From Actinomycetales bacterium (lineage in GTDB: Bacteria; Actinomycetota; Actinomycetes; Actinomycetales; CAWJMD01): a stretch of 64,000 bases of DNA. The position numbers and the translations under genes are program-made. Positions 1-9,676 of this stretch are shown in pieces; positions within the stretch are counted from its first letter, which is position 1; each line of letters starts with the position of its first letter. The DNA is taken from contig JBKECN010000015.1 in the NCBI GenBank assembly GCA_047974565.1, positions 68,142 through 132,141 of the forward strand, written 5' to 3'. Below the pieces are notes generated by a model. That model was not told the DNA's origin and did not search any database. It worked only from the letters and a program-made list of their open reading frames with translations.

Positions 1-177
1 CGCGTCTAGGCCCATCATCGCGGTCCGCACCGCCAGCTCGACCGTCTCCAAGCCGCCACCAGCCCCGGCATCGCCCCCGCTCTCGCCCTCGGCGACGAAC
101 GTGCGGGTGACCACCCGCGCCAGCTGTTCCACCTCGCCGGCCAGCAGGGCACCCAGATCGGTCTGCAACCGGCTCAC
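1..177 (-). CDS. 5' end of an ORF running off the window; possibly the second ORF (transposase) of an insertion sequence
   Basis: GTG at 177-175 overlaps (GTGA) the stop of the upstream small CxxC ORF. The frame VSRLQTDLGALLAGEVEQLARVV... stays open to position 1. No diagnostic transposase motif is visible in the 59 codons present. Confidence 0.3.
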   Translation of the reverse strand, partial: MSRLQTDLGALLAGEVEQLARVVTRTFVAEGESGGDAGAGGGLETVELAVRTAMMGLDA

Positions 178-563
178 GGCCCCCCTTTTTCGGCCTCTGT
201 CGAGGCCGTCGACGCCGGGCGCGCCAACCCCGGCGGCCGGGCCTCACAGATCGCCTCGTTCACCCGCACAATGTGATCCACGATCGCGGCGAACCTGTCA
301 TAGGCGGCCAGCTCGGCGCGGACCCTGTCCACCTCCCCAGCAGCCAGTTGCCGGCCCCGGGTCCGCCCTGCCGGCCCCGCCCGCGTCCACAAGAACCGAG
401 GCCCATGCCCACGCTCACCCTCACGAGCGCACCGACAGTTCGCCTTGCCACACCGGCGGTAGTTCTCACTGACCGACCCGCGACGAAAATCACCGGTCAA
501 GGCAAGCTCAGCGAACAACTCCGCCCGCCGGGCCTCCAACTCGGGCAACGACAGATCAGACAT
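174..563 (-). CDS. Small Cys-rich protein, DUF6788-like (often IS/recombinase-associated)
   Basis: Track ORF 174..620; the likely start is ATG 563 (MSDLSLPELEARRAELF). It contains the RRCGKANCRCA...GHGPRFLW motif that I recognise from DUF6788-type proteins. Confidence 0.5.
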   Translation of the reverse strand: MSDLSLPELEARRAELFAELALTGDFRRGSVSENYRRCGKANCRCAREGERGHGPRFLWTRAGPAGRTRGRQLAAGEVDRVRAELAAYDRFAAIVDHIVRVNEAICEARPPGLARPASTASTEAEKGGP

Positions 564-904
564 GACTACACCCTCCATCTGGCTGTACGACGTACAACCA
601 GACTGCCAGCCTACCTGCACAATCCCGCGTCACCTACATCCGTGTCGTGCACCCCCACCCACCCCGCCGAATAGGACGCGGATCTCGCACCCGATGACCT
701 GGCCCGGCGCCAGACCCCGCCGGTCGGGTCGGGTTCTTGATCGTCGTCACCCGCGTCGGAGTACTCCACACCCATCCCGAGGTGTCCCCGGTCGCCGCGC
801 CACCACCCTGCGCGGCATCGTCAGCGGCCGTTTGGACCGAGACGAGCAGATAGAGTGCGAGTACGCCAGTCCAGGCCGACCCGGGTGGTCATGTCAACCA
901 CCGA

Positions 905-2011
905 TCAGGGAACGACGACGAGTTTGCCCACATGTTGGCGTTCGGCGAGTTCGCGTTGGGCCACCGCGACCTCTTCCAGCCCGAACACCGCGGCGATGAT
1001 CGGGCGTACCGATCCACGCCGGGCCAGGTCGACGAGCAGGTCGAAGATTCGCGGAGTGTGCATGGTGGATCCGATCAGGCTCAGGTTGGCCAGATAGAGC
1101 CGGCGCACATCGAAGGTGAGGTCCCAGCCGTCCAGGCTTCCCGCCACCACCCAGCGGCCCCCAGGCTTCAACAGGTGCAGGCCATGGCTGAGCGCGGGCC
1201 CGGCGACGACGTCGATGACCACGTCATATCCATCTGGTGCGGCCTCGGCGGCATCGGCAACCACCCGGCCCCGGCCACGGTCCACGATGGCCCCCGCCCC
1301 GGCGGCGCGCACCGGATCGGCCTTGGCCAGGCTGCACACGGCTACAACCCGGGCTCCGCGTGCCCTGGCCAACTGCACGCCAGCCAATCCCACGCTGCCC
1401 GAGGCTCCGGTCACCAACACGGTCTGCCCGGCGGCCACCGAGCCTCGTTCCACCATGGACAAGGCGGTGCCATAGGCGATCGGCAGCGCGGCCAGCTCCA
1501 GATCGCTGAGCGGGGAGTCGTCGACCCGATGCGCACGGACCTGCGGCACCACCACATACTCGGCGAACCCGCCGTCGCGCTCGCTCCCCAGGACGTCGAC
1601 CGGCAGTGCGTCCTGCTGTGAGCCGCCGTAGTTGGCCGGGTCGACCAGGACTCGGGAACCAAGGAGGTCTGCGGCGACACCTGCGCCGCAACGCACCACC
1701 CGACCGACCACGTCGCCACCTTGGATCCGGGGAAAGTCCAAGGGCCCCAGCCAACCTCCCGGCTGTCCGGACTCCCCGCGTAGCCCGTACGTACCTTCCC
1801 GGGTCCACAGATCGGTGTTGTTGCACCCGGCCGCACTGACCCGGATCAACACCTCGTCCTCACCTGGCATCGGCAGTGGGACGTCCCGGACTTCGATCAC
1901 CTCCAAGCCCCCGTGCCCGGTGATCACGGCCGCGCGCGTCGTCGCAGGCAGATCGTACGCAGGCGAGGCTTCGCTGGCCGAAGGCATGAACTCAGACTGC
2001 CAGGTGGGCAC
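905..2011 (-). CDS. Zinc-type alcohol dehydrogenase / quinone oxidoreductase (MDR superfamily)
   Basis: 368-aa ORF. N-terminal GroES-like region (EVLIRVSAAGCNNTDLWTREG) and Rossmann motif VLVTGASGSVG. Alternative start ATG 1987. Confidence 0.85.
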   Translation of the reverse strand: MPTWQSEFMPSASEASPAYDLPATTRAAVITGHGGLEVIEVRDVPLPMPGEDEVLIRVSAAGCNNTDLWTREGTYGLRGESGQPGGWLGPLDFPRIQGGDVVGRVVRCGAGVAADLLGSRVLVDPANYGGSQQDALPVDVLGSERDGGFAEYVVVPQVRAHRVDDSPLSDLELAALPIAYGTALSMVERGSVAAGQTVLVTGASGSVGLAGVQLARARGARVVAVCSLAKADPVRAAGAGAIVDRGRGRVVADAAEAAPDGYDVVIDVVAGPALSHGLHLLKPGGRWVVAGSLDGWDLTFDVRRLYLANLSLIGSTMHTPRIFDLLVDLARRGSVRPIIAAVFGLEEVAVAQRELAERQHVGKLVVVP

Positions 2012-2107
2012 CCACTATGCGGGGGGTGAGGAGGTCTCACCTCGGGGTCATCCCTTCGCGGCGGGAGACTCAGTCGAAATAAGCGAAACGGCCGACATCG
2101 GTCGGAA

Positions 2108-2126
2108 GTGTCCCAATGTGGGACAC
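2108..2126. promoter_or_regulatory. 19-bp palindrome in the divergent spacer between the two dehydrogenase genes (candidate operator)
   Basis: GTGTCCCA-atg-TGGGACAC, perfect 8-bp arms, about 86 nt upstream of the 2212 start. Confidence 0.3.
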
Positions 2127-2211
2127 CGCACTGGCCTACGCCAGGCACATCCTGAACGGGTTAACTCGAAGTGTTGGCACAGTCTCGACAAGGGAGTTGG
2201 ACGTGGACGCA

Positions 2212-3264
2212 ATGCGCGCTTTCGTGATGGTCGATGTCGGCAAGACCGCGGTGGTGGAAAAACCCATCCCCGAGCCCGGGCCGGATGAGGTGATCGTGCG
2301 CACCACCCACGCGCTCATCTGCACGTCCGACATCCACACGGTCTCCGGGGCGATCCCGGTTGCCAATGGAGTCACCCTCGGGCATGAAGCGCTCGGGACG
2401 GTCCACGCGATCGGCTCCAATGTCACGGGTTTCACCGAGGGCCAGCGAGTCGCCGTCAACGCGATCACCCCCTGCTTCCGGTGCCGGTACTGCCAAACCG
2501 GATACACCAGCCAGTGCGGAGGCCCGCTCGGCGGCTACCAGTACACCGCCCAGCGCGACGGCAACATGGCCGAGTACTTCATGGTCCCGAATGCGATGGC
2601 GAACCTGGCCCCGATCCCCGACCAGATCACCGAAGAGGCAGCGGTGTATGCCTGCGACATGCTCTCCACGGGGTTCATGGGGGCCGAGCATTGCTATCTG
2701 AGGTTGGGTGACTCGGTGGCGATCTTCGCCCAGGGCGCGGTGGGACTGTCCGCCACGATCGGCGCCACCCTGCTGGGTGCGGCGAGAATCTTTGCGGTCG
2801 AGTCGATCCCGCAGCGGCAGGAACTCTCCCGGATATATGGTGCGACGGACATCATCGACTTCACCGCAGGAGACCCGGTCGAGCAGATCCTGGCTGCCAC
2901 CGCAGGTGAGGGGGTCGACGCCGCGATCGAGGCCTTCGGCTTCCCGCAGACCTGGGAGGCCTGCCTGCGGGTGACCAAGGCCGGCGGACGCGTCTCGAAC
3001 ATCGGCTACCACGGGGAGAACCCGAACCCCCTGCAGGTCCCGTTGGACGCCTTCGGTCTTGGCATGGCTGACAAGGCCATCCACACCGGCCTGTGCCCGG
3101 GAGGCAACGACCGGATGCAGCGACTCTTCGCCCTGATCGGCACCGGCCGGTTCGATCCGACTCGGATGACGACCCACACCTTCGACTTCGGCGAGGTCGA
3201 GCACGCCTTCGACATGATGAAGAACAAGGAGGACGGCATCATCAAGCCGCTCATCACCTTCTGA
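2212..3264 (+). CDS. Zn-dependent NAD(P) alcohol dehydrogenase
   Basis: Track ORF 2116..3264; the family-typical start is MRAFVM at ATG 2212. Catalytic and structural Zn motifs are present (CTSDIH, GHEALG, CFRCRYCQTGYTSQC). Confidence 0.85.
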   Translation: MRAFVMVDVGKTAVVEKPIPEPGPDEVIVRTTHALICTSDIHTVSGAIPVANGVTLGHEALGTVHAIGSNVTGFTEGQRVAVNAITPCFRCRYCQTGYTSQCGGPLGGYQYTAQRDGNMAEYFMVPNAMANLAPIPDQITEEAAVYACDMLSTGFMGAEHCYLRLGDSVAIFAQGAVGLSATIGATLLGAARIFAVESIPQRQELSRIYGATDIIDFTAGDPVEQILAATAGEGVDAAIEAFGFPQTWEACLRVTKAGGRVSNIGYHGENPNPLQVPLDAFGLGMADKAIHTGLCPGGNDRMQRLFALIGTGRFDPTRMTTHTFDFGEVEHAFDMMKNKEDGIIKPLITF

Positions 3265-3311
3265 GCCCGCGGGCACTGCGTCGTCCGCACGGGTTCTCCG
3301 CACCCCTGGGT

Positions 3312-4613
3312 TCAGCCGGTGGGGTCGCTCACCCGTCCGATGAACAGCGGGGTGGCAGTGGCTGGGTCGGTGTTGTCGTGGATGACGTAGATGAAGGGCC
3401 GGTCGACCCGGAGCACGTGATCGTCGGCTGGCGCGCTCACCTCGGCCATGACGACAGCGGTGGCCGCGGCTGCCTCGGTTCCCGCCTCGTCCACGGCGAT
3501 GAAGCCTTGGTGTTGCACGGCGTCGATGGCCAGGTCGGCGTCGACGGTCATCCGGGAAAAGTCTGCGCCGCTAAACGCGGTGGGCATTCCCAGCGCCTTG
3601 AGGCTCTGGCTCAGGTCGAGAGAACTGCGAGTGGTCCATCGCGGCAGACTGAGCGAGACTCGCCCCTGCCGGTCGGTCCCCGCGAGTGCGCCCAGCAGGG
3701 AGGTCAGCCAGGCTGAGTCGACGCTGTTCTCGATCTCGGTGAAGCGGCCAGGGTCGGGGACGATGACCGCCATAGCGAGTCGTCCGTCGGCGTAGGCAAG
3801 GTCGACCGCACTCCAGCCCGCCCCCTGGGCGAAGGTCGCCGGTACGGAGGCCTGCATCAGTGCGACGTCGATGACTGAGCCGTCGAGCCGGGTGAAAGGG
3901 CCGGAGGTGGTGCGCGCCGGGTCGAAGGGCTCGGACCACGGCGCGGCGAAGTAGACGGCATTGACCAGCACCAGGCGGGTCCCTTGGTCGATCACGCCGG
4001 TGGGTACGAGGTCCTCGATTCGATCGTTGGTCCGGTCGGCCACCCAGTCGTTGATGAGGACGCGCGATGCCTCCGGTTCGGCTGCGAAGTCTGTCGACAG
4101 CATCCCGGTGCCGAAGTCGCGGGCGAGCACGTCGAGGAAGGCAGGTTCCCAGGTCAGCCCAGCCTGACCCCACAGACTGTTCGCGATAGCCAAGGCGATC
4201 TCACCCACTGCGGCTGGGTCGGTGAACGTGCCCGCCCGCGAGGCCAACTGAAGATCCACCGTGTTGAGCCCCGCGGCCAGTGCCGCTGCGTCTTGGGCGT
4301 GCAGCACCGAGAGCATCTCGGTTGCCGTCGTCCCGGCGGCGCCCTGCACCGTCATCCCGAGCGCCTTGGCGACGGATAGTGGTGAGCAGACGATATTGCC
4401 TGCGTCCGCCACTGCCACCTGGTGGTAGAGGTCGAGGGTGAAGGCGGTCAGGGCAGGTTCGACTGCGAGACGAGCCTCGGGGTCGGCCTTCGCGCGAGTC
4501 GCGTCCGACCTGGTCACCGTCTGGGCGGCGCGGCGACCGCAGCCCGCCACGGCCAGCCCCAGCGCGGGGGCGAGAGCAAGCGTCATCAGCAACTGGCGTC
4601 GGGTGACCACCAA
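3312..4613 (-). CDS. Serpin-family protease inhibitor with Tat-type lipoprotein signal
   Basis: 433-aa ORF. N-terminus MVVTRRQLLMTLALAPALGLAVAGC has a twin-Arg motif plus a lipobox Cys. C-terminal serpin hinge/RCL is FIAVDEAGTEAAAATAVVMAEVS followed by RPFIYVIHD. Confidence 0.85.
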   Translation of the reverse strand: MVVTRRQLLMTLALAPALGLAVAGCGRRAAQTVTRSDATRAKADPEARLAVEPALTAFTLDLYHQVAVADAGNIVCSPLSVAKALGMTVQGAAGTTATEMLSVLHAQDAAALAAGLNTVDLQLASRAGTFTDPAAVGEIALAIANSLWGQAGLTWEPAFLDVLARDFGTGMLSTDFAAEPEASRVLINDWVADRTNDRIEDLVPTGVIDQGTRLVLVNAVYFAAPWSEPFDPARTTSGPFTRLDGSVIDVALMQASVPATFAQGAGWSAVDLAYADGRLAMAVIVPDPGRFTEIENSVDSAWLTSLLGALAGTDRQGRVSLSLPRWTTRSSLDLSQSLKALGMPTAFSGADFSRMTVDADLAIDAVQHQGFIAVDEAGTEAAAATAVVMAEVSAPADDHVLRVDRPFIYVIHDNTDPATATPLFIGRVSDPTG

Positions 4614-4722
4614 GGATGCGACGGACGGGGCAGCGGCCGGGTTCCCTGCGGGCGCTCCCCACCCCGGCTGACGGACCCGTTCGGGTCGTGAACCCCTCCG
4701 ATGAGGAGATTCTCATCGGGAT

Positions 4723-5142
4723 GTGGTGGTGGGTCGCCCCCGGGGCCTTCAAGATGGAGGAATGCGTGGTGGCCGAGTGCTCGTGATCGCCGGACTCTTG
4801 GCGGTGCTTGCCCTGCTGTCCCCGGTCGTGGCGGGTTCGGTATGGCAGCGGCTGAGTGTGCCGTCCGATCCCGGGGCAGTGGTGGACGGGCCACTGCGCC
4901 TGAGCCCCACGGCAGGGCTCGGCGGCGACACGACTCCCGCCACGGTGTCCGACCCGGCCACCGCTATCGATCCGTCGACCCCAGTCGAGCCATCCACCGA
5001 ACCCGCCGGCACGTCCTCCGCTCGCTCATCTAGCGCCGGATCCGGGCAGGCCCCCGTCGTCGTGCAACCCACCAAGGCCCATGAGGTGGACGACCACCCG
5101 ACCTCGTCATCCGACGACTCGGACGATGAACAGGATGACTGA
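4723..5142 (+). CDS. Hypothetical secreted Pro/Ser/Thr/Asp-rich protein preceding the sensor kinase
   Basis: ORF with good GC3. Hydrophobic signal-like segment RVLVIAGLLAVLALLSPVVAG. Its stop overlaps the kinase start by 8 nt. Exact start is uncertain (GTG 4723 or ATG 4762). Confidence 0.45.
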   Translation: MVVGRPRGLQDGGMRGGRVLVIAGLLAVLALLSPVVAGSVWQRLSVPSDPGAVVDGPLRLSPTAGLGGDTTPATVSDPATAIDPSTPVEPSTEPAGTSSARSSSAGSGQAPVVVQPTKAHEVDDHPTSSSDDSDDEQDD

Positions 5143-6721
5143 CCGCCCCGGTCGAATCGGGCGCCTCCTGGACGACGATCGGCGGACGACCTTCGGGGTG
5201 CGCGGCCGCATCGTGGCCACCGTCGTCATCCTCACCGCCATCGGGATGGGCCTGGCCGGTGGGGCTTTCATGATCTACGAGCGCCGGCAACTGGTCGACC
5301 AGGTCGACGTGGTGCTGCGCGGGGACGCCGAACAGTTCACCACCCACGGCACGGCCGCGCTCACCGACCCCAACGGCCCCACCACCTTCCCCGACCTGCT
5401 GAAATACCAGTTGAACGAGCACGTGGCCAGCAACGGTCAAGTGCTCCTCGCCCTCGAGGACGACACCCCCGTCTACGTCACCGCCGGGCCCTTCGACCTG
5501 CTCGCCGCTCCGGAGGTGCTCGATCAGGTCGCGACCCTGCCCCCGGACGCGCCCACCCAGATCCGCCAGGTCGACTCCACCGCCGCCGGACCCATCCGGT
5601 ACGTGATGATGCGCGTACACGTCGAGGGCTACCCGCAGACGGGCACCCTCATCTCAGCGGTCAGCCTGCAACCGGCGTTGCAGCGCCTGGCCTCCAGCGC
5701 CCGCTTCTACACCGAACTTTCGCTCGTGGCGCTGGCCCTCGTCGGGCTCGGCGCCTGGGTGGTGGCCGGCCGGCTACTCCGCCCGCTTCGGCTGCTACGC
5801 GAGGCCGCCGAGACCATCTCCCACACCGATCTGACCTCTCGGATCCCCGTCTCCGGCAACGACGACGTCACCGAACTCACCCGCACGGTGAACGCGATGT
5901 TCGACCGCCTGGAATCCGCCTTCGAAACCCAACAGCAGTTCCTCGACGACGCCGGACACGAACTACGCACCCCGATCACCATCGTCGGTGGTCACCTCGA
6001 GGTGCTCGACCCGGACGACGCCGGCGAGGTCCGTGCCACCCGCGCGCTCGTCCTGGACGAACTCGACCGGATGGCCGGGCTGGTCAACGACCTCATCGTC
6101 CTGGCCCAGGCGGGCCGGCCCGATTTCGTCAGCTTCGACGAGGTGGATGTCGACCAGTTGCTGCGGGACGTGCTGGACAAGGCCCAGGCCCTGGCCGAAC
6201 GCACCTGGGAGCTGGACTCGACCGTGCACGCCGTGGTGCTGGCCGACGGCCACCGACTCACCCAGGCGATGCTGCAACTCGCCGACAACGCCGTCAGGCA
6301 CACCACCACGACCGACACCATCGGCATCGGAGGCATCCGCGAAGGCACCGACTGCCGGCTCTGGGTTCGAGACACCGGCCCCGGAGTGGCACCCGACGAC
6401 GCGCACCGGATCTTCGAACGATTCGGCCGGGCGGGCGGATCCCGGGGGGACGGTGGCTCCGGGCTCGGCCTCTCGATCGTCGCCGGGATCGCCGCAGCAC
6501 ACGGCGGACGGGTTGACCTGGACCCGTCCTTCGGTGGCGCCGGTGCCAGGTTCAGTCTCGTCCTTCCGCTGGGGGTAGCTCGCTGGGAGGCCCCCTCCGG
6601 GCGCCGTGGACTCGGCGCAGACACCTGCGACGCTGAGCCGGGCTCGCCGCCCGAGGCCACCCGCAGGACACCGTCGGCACCGGTCGAGGTGCACAACCAC
6701 TCACCGCAGGTTCGACAGTGA
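5135..6721 (+). CDS. Sensor histidine kinase (TM-HAMP-HisKA-HATPase_c, OmpR-partner type)
   Basis: Track ORF 5081..6721. Two TM segments, H-box FLDDAGHELRTPIT, N/G boxes (LADNAVRHT, DTGPGV, GSGLGLSIV). Start ATG 5135 or 5126. Confidence 0.85.
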   Translation: MTDRPGRIGRLLDDDRRTTFGVRGRIVATVVILTAIGMGLAGGAFMIYERRQLVDQVDVVLRGDAEQFTTHGTAALTDPNGPTTFPDLLKYQLNEHVASNGQVLLALEDDTPVYVTAGPFDLLAAPEVLDQVATLPPDAPTQIRQVDSTAAGPIRYVMMRVHVEGYPQTGTLISAVSLQPALQRLASSARFYTELSLVALALVGLGAWVVAGRLLRPLRLLREAAETISHTDLTSRIPVSGNDDVTELTRTVNAMFDRLESAFETQQQFLDDAGHELRTPITIVGGHLEVLDPDDAGEVRATRALVLDELDRMAGLVNDLIVLAQAGRPDFVSFDEVDVDQLLRDVLDKAQALAERTWELDSTVHAVVLADGHRLTQAMLQLADNAVRHTTTTDTIGIGGIREGTDCRLWVRDTGPGVAPDDAHRIFERFGRAGGSRGDGGSGLGLSIVAGIAAAHGGRVDLDPSFGGAGARFSLVLPLGVARWEAPSGRRGLGADTCDAEPGSPPEATRRTPSAPVEVHNHSPQVRQ

Positions 6722-7398
6722 CCAGCATCCTCGTCGCCGAGGACGAGCAGCGGATCGCCTCATTCATCGACAAGGGACTGCGAGCCAATGGCTTCGGCGT
6801 CACCGTCGTCGGAGACGGTCAGGCGGCCTACCAGGCCGCCGTCTCCGGCGCCCATGACCTGCTCGTGCTGGACATAGGACTGCCCCTGCTGGACGGCTTC
6901 GCGGTGCTCGGTCGGCTGCGTCGGGCCGGTAGCGCCCTACCCGTCATCATCCTCACCGCCCGTACCGGGGTGGGTGACACGGTCGCCGGGCTGGAAAGCG
7001 GCGCTGACGATTACATGCCCAAACCATTTCGCTTCGAAGAACTTCTGGCCCGGATCCGGCTGAGGTTGCGGAGTCCGGCCTCGCCAGTCGAGCCGACGGT
7101 GCTGCGCTATGGCGACCTCGCCCTGGACACCACCACCCGCCGGGCGATCGCCCGGGCCCGCGAGGTCGACCTGTCGTCGCGGGAGTTCGCGTTGCTGGAG
7201 ATGCTGCTGCGCCATGCCGGCCAGGTGCTGAGCAGAGAGCAGATCCTCAGCCGGGTCTGGGGATACGACTTCGACCCGGGGTCGAACGTGGTGGACGTCT
7301 ACATCCGCTACCTGCGCCGCAAGGTGGGCAGCGATTGGATCGAGACCGTCCGCGGGGTCGGCTACCGGCTTCGTGACCCCGGCCGGCACCCGGCCTGA
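6718..7398 (+). CDS. OmpR/PhoB-family response regulator
   Basis: GTGA overlap with the kinase stop. Receiver domain (ILVAEDE...DLLVLDIGLP...MPKPF) plus winged-helix C-terminus (VDVYIRYLRRKV...TVRGVGYRL). Confidence 0.9.
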   Translation: MTSILVAEDEQRIASFIDKGLRANGFGVTVVGDGQAAYQAAVSGAHDLLVLDIGLPLLDGFAVLGRLRRAGSALPVIILTARTGVGDTVAGLESGADDYMPKPFRFEELLARIRLRLRSPASPVEPTVLRYGDLALDTTTRRAIARAREVDLSSREFALLEMLLRHAGQVLSREQILSRVWGYDFDPGSNVVDVYIRYLRRKVGSDWIETVRGVGYRLRDPGRHPA

Positions 7399-7537
7399 TC
7401 TGCCGCCCCGCAAGTCCCCGTTCCGCGCGCGAGTCCGGCCCGCCAGTCCTGGCCCGGACACTCCCAGCGCCCGGCCGTGGCGCCGCACCCCGATTGCCCG
7501 CCTTTGACCAGCCATCGCCGTTTCTGATCCGCGTCAT

Positions 7538-7555
7538 GATGAGAGGCCTCTCATC
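7538..7555. promoter_or_regulatory. Perfect 18-bp palindrome upstream of the coiled-coil protein genes (candidate operator)
   Basis: GATGAGAGGCCTCTCATC reads identically on both strands, about 80 nt upstream of ATG 7637. Confidence 0.3.
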
Positions 7556-7636
7556 CCGGTCTCACCGTCCCGCTCATCCAACGATTGCACTGTGGGTACT
7601 CAAGGTGCACGTCGACCGATGAGGAGAGCACCACAC

Positions 7637-8119
7637 ATGAAGCGATCTCAGCGCGTGGGCGCGACCGCCGCAACGGCCGTCGTCCTGCTCGGCGGGGCGG
7701 CCGGAGCGCTCGCCGTCACACCTGCAGGCCCGGACCCGGGGCAGGTGCAGGTGGCCGAGGAACCCGAACCCGCCCCGGTCACCTCGCCAGCCGATGAGCA
7801 GCTTGCCGCCTTAGATGCCGAGGTGAAGGCGCTTCGCGCCGAAGCGGACTCACTGCGCGGACAGGTCGCCACCGCCTCGTCCGCCGTGGACGCGGCGAAC
7901 GCTGCCAAGGCCCGGGCCGCCGCACAGGCCGCGGCCGCCCAGCAAGCCTCGACGCAGCAGGCCTCGCAGAGTCAATCCGCCAGCACCCGGCGCGGCGGCA
8001 CCTCGGCTCCCGCCACGCACACCACCACCGGGGCGAGCGGATCCTCCTCGGGGCACTCCGAGGATGACGACGAACACGAGGGCCGCGACCATTCCGAGGG
8101 AGAGGGCGACGATGACTGA
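7637..8119 (+). CDS. Secreted Ala-rich coiled-coil protein with acidic/His-rich tail (hypothetical)
   Basis: GAGGAG SD before ATG 7637. Signal-like MKRSQRVGATAATAVVLLGGAAGALA, then EQLAALDAEVKALRAEADSLRGQV. Confidence 0.5.
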   Translation: MKRSQRVGATAATAVVLLGGAAGALAVTPAGPDPGQVQVAEEPEPAPVTSPADEQLAALDAEVKALRAEADSLRGQVATASSAVDAANAAKARAAAQAAAAQQASTQQASQSQSASTRRGGTSAPATHTTTGASGSSSGHSEDDDEHEGRDHSEGEGDDD

Positions 8120-8576
8120 ACGATCACGCCAGGCGAGATGGACCACGGTCGCCGTGCTGGCGCCGATCACCGCCGCGATGCTCGCCGGGTCGACCGCGTG
8201 GGCCGCCGAGCATGACCCGCTGGCCGAGCAGAAGGCCGAGGCCGCGCGGGTCGAGCAACAGCGTGAACAGGCGCTGGCCGAACAGCAGCGACAGCACGAC
8301 GAGGCAGTGGCCACCCAGATCGCCGCGGAGACAGCCGAAGTGGCGAGGCTGCGGGAGGAGGTGACCACGCTGACGGCCCAGGTCGCCGATGTCCAGGCGC
8401 GGGCGGACAGCCAGCCCGCTGCCGCACCGGCCGCGTCCCGCCCGGCGGCCGGTGCGGTCTCAAGCGGGAGTCAACGATCCTCAGGGTCGGGGAGCCGGTC
8501 GTCCAGCACCAAGAAGTCATCGGCGCCGGCCAAGGCGCCGGCACCGGCCACCCACGCCAAGACGGGGGGATCGTGA
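8112..8576 (+). CDS. Secreted Ala/Gln-rich coiled-coil protein, paralogous in design to the preceding gene (hypothetical)
   Basis: ATG 8112 overlaps the upstream stop by 8 nt. Signal-like WTTVAVLAPITAAMLAGSTAWA, then EQKAEAARVEQQREQALAEQQRQ and a Ser-rich tail. Confidence 0.5.
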   Translation: MTERSRQARWTTVAVLAPITAAMLAGSTAWAAEHDPLAEQKAEAARVEQQREQALAEQQRQHDEAVATQIAAETAEVARLREEVTTLTAQVADVQARADSQPAAAPAASRPAAGAVSSGSQRSSGSGSRSSSTKKSSAPAKAPAPATHAKTGGS

Positions 8577-9676
8577 GTATCACCGACACGACCGGCCTGC
8601 GGCCCGGCACCGAATGGGAGCCCGACCCCGGACCGCCCAACACCATCCGCCCCGGGGGAGTGAGTGACGTTGCCGGTGAACCGGACTCGCGCTGCACCAT
8701 GACCTTCCGGTCGATGAACACCGACGTGCACATCGAGGTGGCCCAACCCACGGTGTCTGCGCCGCGGGCCATGGAACTGGCACGTCACGTGTTCTGCGAC
8801 ATCGAGGCAACCTGCACCCGCTTCGACCCGGACAGTGCGCTGATGCGCGCCAACGACGCCGGCCGGCAGTGGTTCGACGTGCCTGCGGTGTGCTACCTGG
8901 CCATCGCCGAGGCGCACGCCGCGCACCGCGAAACGGACGGCCTCTTCGATCCGCGCATCCTGCAGTCGCTGGTGAGCCTGGGCTACGACCGCACCCTGCC
9001 CTTCGATCGCGGCCCGGTCACCGTGGTGCCGAGCACCTCCCCGTCCCAGCCACCGACCCTGATAGCCGACCAGCACCACGTCGGCGCCGCACCGTGGATC
9101 CCCGGGCTCGACCCGACCCGGTCGGCCGTGCGGATCGGGCCGCAACCCATCGACCTGGGCGGTATCGGCAAGGGCCTGGCCGTTCGCCTGGCCGCGCGCG
9201 AGTTAGCGGGCGCGGGCGCAGCGGCGCTCGTCGAGGCGGGCGGAGACCTCGCCGTGCTGGGAGCCGGCCCGGACGGCACCGGGTGGATCGTCGGAGTGGA
9301 GGATCCGCTCGCCGAGGGGTCTGGCGGCTCCGGCGAGGAGCCCGTCGCGGTACTCAACCTCGTCGATACCTCCTGCGCCACATCGAGTCTGCGAAAGCGC
9401 ACCTGGACCGTGGCGGGCCAGCGCAGGCACCACCTGATCGATCCGCGCACCGGCGCGAGCTCGGACTCCGGCCTACGTTCGGTCACCGTCGTGATGCCCG
9501 ACGCCGCTCGCGCCGAGGTGTGGAGCAAGGCATTGCTCATCGCCGGCGCCGGCCGGATCGCCGCCCTGGCGCAGGAGCGGCAGTTGGCTGCCCTGTGGGT
9601 GGACGACGCGGGCCGCCACGCGATGTCGGCGGCGATGGTGCCGCTGGTCATCTGGAGGCGTACCGATGCGTGCTGA
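8573..9676 (+). CDS. apbE: FAD:protein FMN transferase (ApbE family)
   Basis: Motifs FRSMNTDVHIEV, IDLGGIGKGLAV, VEAGGDLAV, HHLIDPRTG. No obvious signal peptide. Alternative start ATG 8699. Confidence 0.85.
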   Translation: MSITDTTGLRPGTEWEPDPGPPNTIRPGGVSDVAGEPDSRCTMTFRSMNTDVHIEVAQPTVSAPRAMELARHVFCDIEATCTRFDPDSALMRANDAGRQWFDVPAVCYLAIAEAHAAHRETDGLFDPRILQSLVSLGYDRTLPFDRGPVTVVPSTSPSQPPTLIADQHHVGAAPWIPGLDPTRSAVRIGPQPIDLGGIGKGLAVRLAARELAGAGAAALVEAGGDLAVLGAGPDGTGWIVGVEDPLAEGSGGSGEEPVAVLNLVDTSCATSSLRKRTWTVAGQRRHHLIDPRTGASSDSGLRSVTVVMPDAARAEVWSKALLIAGAGRIAALAQERQLAALWVDDAGRHAMSAAMVPLVIWRRTDAC

